Assembly: GCA_002633005.1 (NCBI GenBank)
Contig: NMRA01000168.1
Coordinates: 65,129 to 129,128 of the forward strand
DNA length: 64,000 bases
Source: Phoronis australis
Taxonomy: Eukaryota > Animalia > Phoronida
Direction: 5' to 3'
The notes under the pieces: generated by a model
The model's input: only the letters and a program-made list of their open reading frames with translations
The model's database searches: none
What the model was told of the DNA's origin: nothing
Position numbers and translations under genes: made by a program
Shown: positions 61,679-64,000 of the stretch, one piece after another
How positions within the stretch are numbered: position 1 is the stretch's first letter
Layout: each line of letters starts with the position of its first letter

Positions 61679-63300
61679 ACAAGAGCAAACCAGAGCGTTG
61701 AAATGCACCCACAAATGCACAGCAAATGGTGTGCTTCTAGGGCTGTTTATTTGTATCATAAAAAGTGGCCACTAGATAGCGCAAAATACGTTGCATCCGA
61801 AAAACTGGTATATGACACCAAAGCTATTTACCAATTTTATACAAATCCATCAAGGAACTTCAGGAAAACGGAAAAAATGGGATTGCTACTAGGAGGCTAT
61901 GGGCGTAAAAAAAAAACAAAACTGCCTATAGGAGGCACCACAATAGCCGAGGTCGTCGGAAAATCATCGTCAGCCCTACTCTTCTCTTCACATTAGGAAC
62001 ATACATGCCAATTTCCCCAATCATCCTTAGAGTGGTTTGGTTGACAGGGGGCAAACACCACAAAAACAGACTCAAAAAGAGTAAAAATGGCCACTAGGTG
62101 GCGCAAAATACCTCGAATCAATCCGAAAACTGGAGGGTAGCACCATCTCACTAATAGATACCAATCTGCCAAATTTTATGAAAATGCGTTGAGGACCTTT
62201 AAAGGCACAGAGGTAAACGTAAAAAATCAAATTTCCACTAGAGGGCACATTCGTAGTTCGAACCGTCCGAAAGTCGTTGTTGTCTGTTGTCAACTTCATA
62301 TAAATACACTTGCAAAATTTAAAAAGATCGTGTTGGAAATACAGCCATGGGCGCAAAAACAAACAAAACTACCACTAGGAGACACCACAGTAGTCAAAGT
62401 AGTCAGAAAATCATTGTCAGCCACCCTCTTCACATTAGGAACATACATACCAGTTTTCACAATCATACCTAGAGTGGTTTGGTTGACAAAGGGGTGGTCG
62501 CCAAAAACCAGACTCGAAAACAGTAAAATGGCCACTAGGTGGCACAAAGTACCTCGAATCCATCCGAAAACAGGAGGATAGCGCCATCTCATTAATAGAT
62601 GTCTAAATTCCAGATTTTACAAAACCCCGTTGAGGGCCTACGAAGGCACACTCGTAGTCGGACAGGTCTGAAATTCGTCGTCATCTGTTGTCAGCTTCAT
62701 ACGAACAAATCTGCCAAAGCTCATCAAGATCCTTTGAGGGATTTATGATATGCAGCTGCGGAGGCCAGCCCGCCCAGTCACCAAGATGGAGACGACGGCA
62801 ATATGCATCCATATATGAATATGTGGACGTATAAAAAGGCCACTGGGAAGCACAACAAAAGTCAAATCCATCCAAAACAGGGTGGTGACAGTCATTATCT
62901 GCCAAATTTCATGAACATTCATCAAGCTAGATATCAAGGCAAACACAAAGAAAAAACAATTTACCACTATGCGACTCCAAAGTAGTCAGATTTGTTCCAA
63001 AATCCACATCACCTCAATAAAAACACAAACCAACTTTCATGAAGATCCATGAAGGAACTTATGCAAAAAAGTATTTGCCACAAGAGGGCGCCACAGCAGT
63101 TGCACCACTTCAAAAATCACCATCAGCCATGCACTTCCCATTAGAAACACATATGGCAATTTCTATAATGACCTCACAATAATTTGACCAATAGTGAGGC
63201 AGACACCAAAAACCAGACTCAAAAATAAAAAATGGCCATAAGGTGGCATACAAAACATTCAATCCATCCAAAAAATGGAAAGACAAAAATGTACAAACCA
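61679..63300 (+). mobile_element. HINE/Helentron-like element with ~320-440-bp internal tandem units, in a PSMB3 intron
   Basis: Starts ACAAGAGC; variants of AAAATGGCCACTAGGTGGCGCAAAATACCTCGAATC recur near 61761, 62084, 62525 and 63230. Confidence 0.6.
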
Positions 63301-63331
63301 CCAGAGTACAAGACAAATAAACAATACATAC

Positions 63332-63509
63332 CATATCAGGCTCCCAGAGTGATTCGCACATGCCATACATCTGCTCTGAGCACGTTCCGCTCACTACGAA
63401 ATCCTCCGTGATCATTGGGCAACCTATGAGATCGAGGGAAGCCACAAATGGTTTGAATGTTTTAGGCTCTAGTCCCGCAACTACTGGCTCCACAAAATAT
63501 GGTCCAAAC
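63332..63509 (-). CDS. PSMB3: Proteasome subunit beta type-3, internal exon (5' exons lie beyond the window)
   Basis: ttgcag|...atg|gtatgt, phase 2/0. Encodes [59 protein letters not shown]. Confidence 0.96.
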
Positions 63510-64000
63510 CTGCAATCATTGAACACATCAGAGACAATAAACAACAGTGCTTGCTAGAAATAACGGGATCCAATCTGCCAATGAAACTATTAATTTTGGA
63601 ATCCATGAAAAGCAAACTCACTCCCAAAATCGCGACATCAAAACACACTAACAACATAGCCAGTTGAAATTCTATATTCAGGTGTGCCAAGGTACCTAAT
63701 CATATCGACAATCAAATCAAAAACCACAAGTGAACAAGGCCTGATAACAGTGTAAAGAAGGGAAAAGAACACTTTCTATTCCGTAGACATGGTCATTCTA
63801 ATTATCAATACATTTTCTTCAGAAGTGGAAACTATTTTAAAACTAGAAGCAATGGCAAACAGTGCTGACATTGATCAAACACACGCACCTTAGTCTTATC
63901 GCCATTTCAACAGGTGATTCTCTCATGAATTGAATCACCGGATTACAAAATCAAATTGGTTACAGACTTTTACTACTGTCGATAGTAGGAAGTTTGTGGC

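Noticed and set aside
61442-62985. ORFs of 60-184 aa in the PSMB3 intron
   Set aside because: They lie in a tandemly repeated non-coding element and show no protein motifs.

Overview
AT-rich, repeat-dense animal (most likely invertebrate) genomic DNA with spliceosomal introns, not a prokaryotic locus. Three host genes can be built from GT-AG splice sites and matching intron phases. (1) A + strand gene at about 5.7-40.4 kb encoding two C-type lectin domains and a C-terminal PAN/apple-like Cys module; the WIG exon of the first lectin domain appears split by an 8.9-kb CACTG...CAGTG insertion. (2) A + strand, six-coding-exon gene (47635-56241, 364 aa) encoding a CARD, a second death-fold domain and a low-complexity tail, with kB-like sites upstream. 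(3) The last three exons of proteasome subunit beta 3 (PSMB3) on the - strand. Introns are filled with transposons: two inverted CATAGAC-ended elements sharing three copies of one 8-bp target site (4.9-kb imperfect palindrome), TTAA-flanked Kolobok-like elements (one keeping THAP and KolX remnants), a set of 5-bp-TSD MITEs, Penelope fragments with hammerhead motifs (one behind a tRNA-like Pol III module), tRNA-SINEs, LINE relics and satellites. Three N-joined duplications look like haplotype assembly overlaps. All calls were made by eye without database searches.
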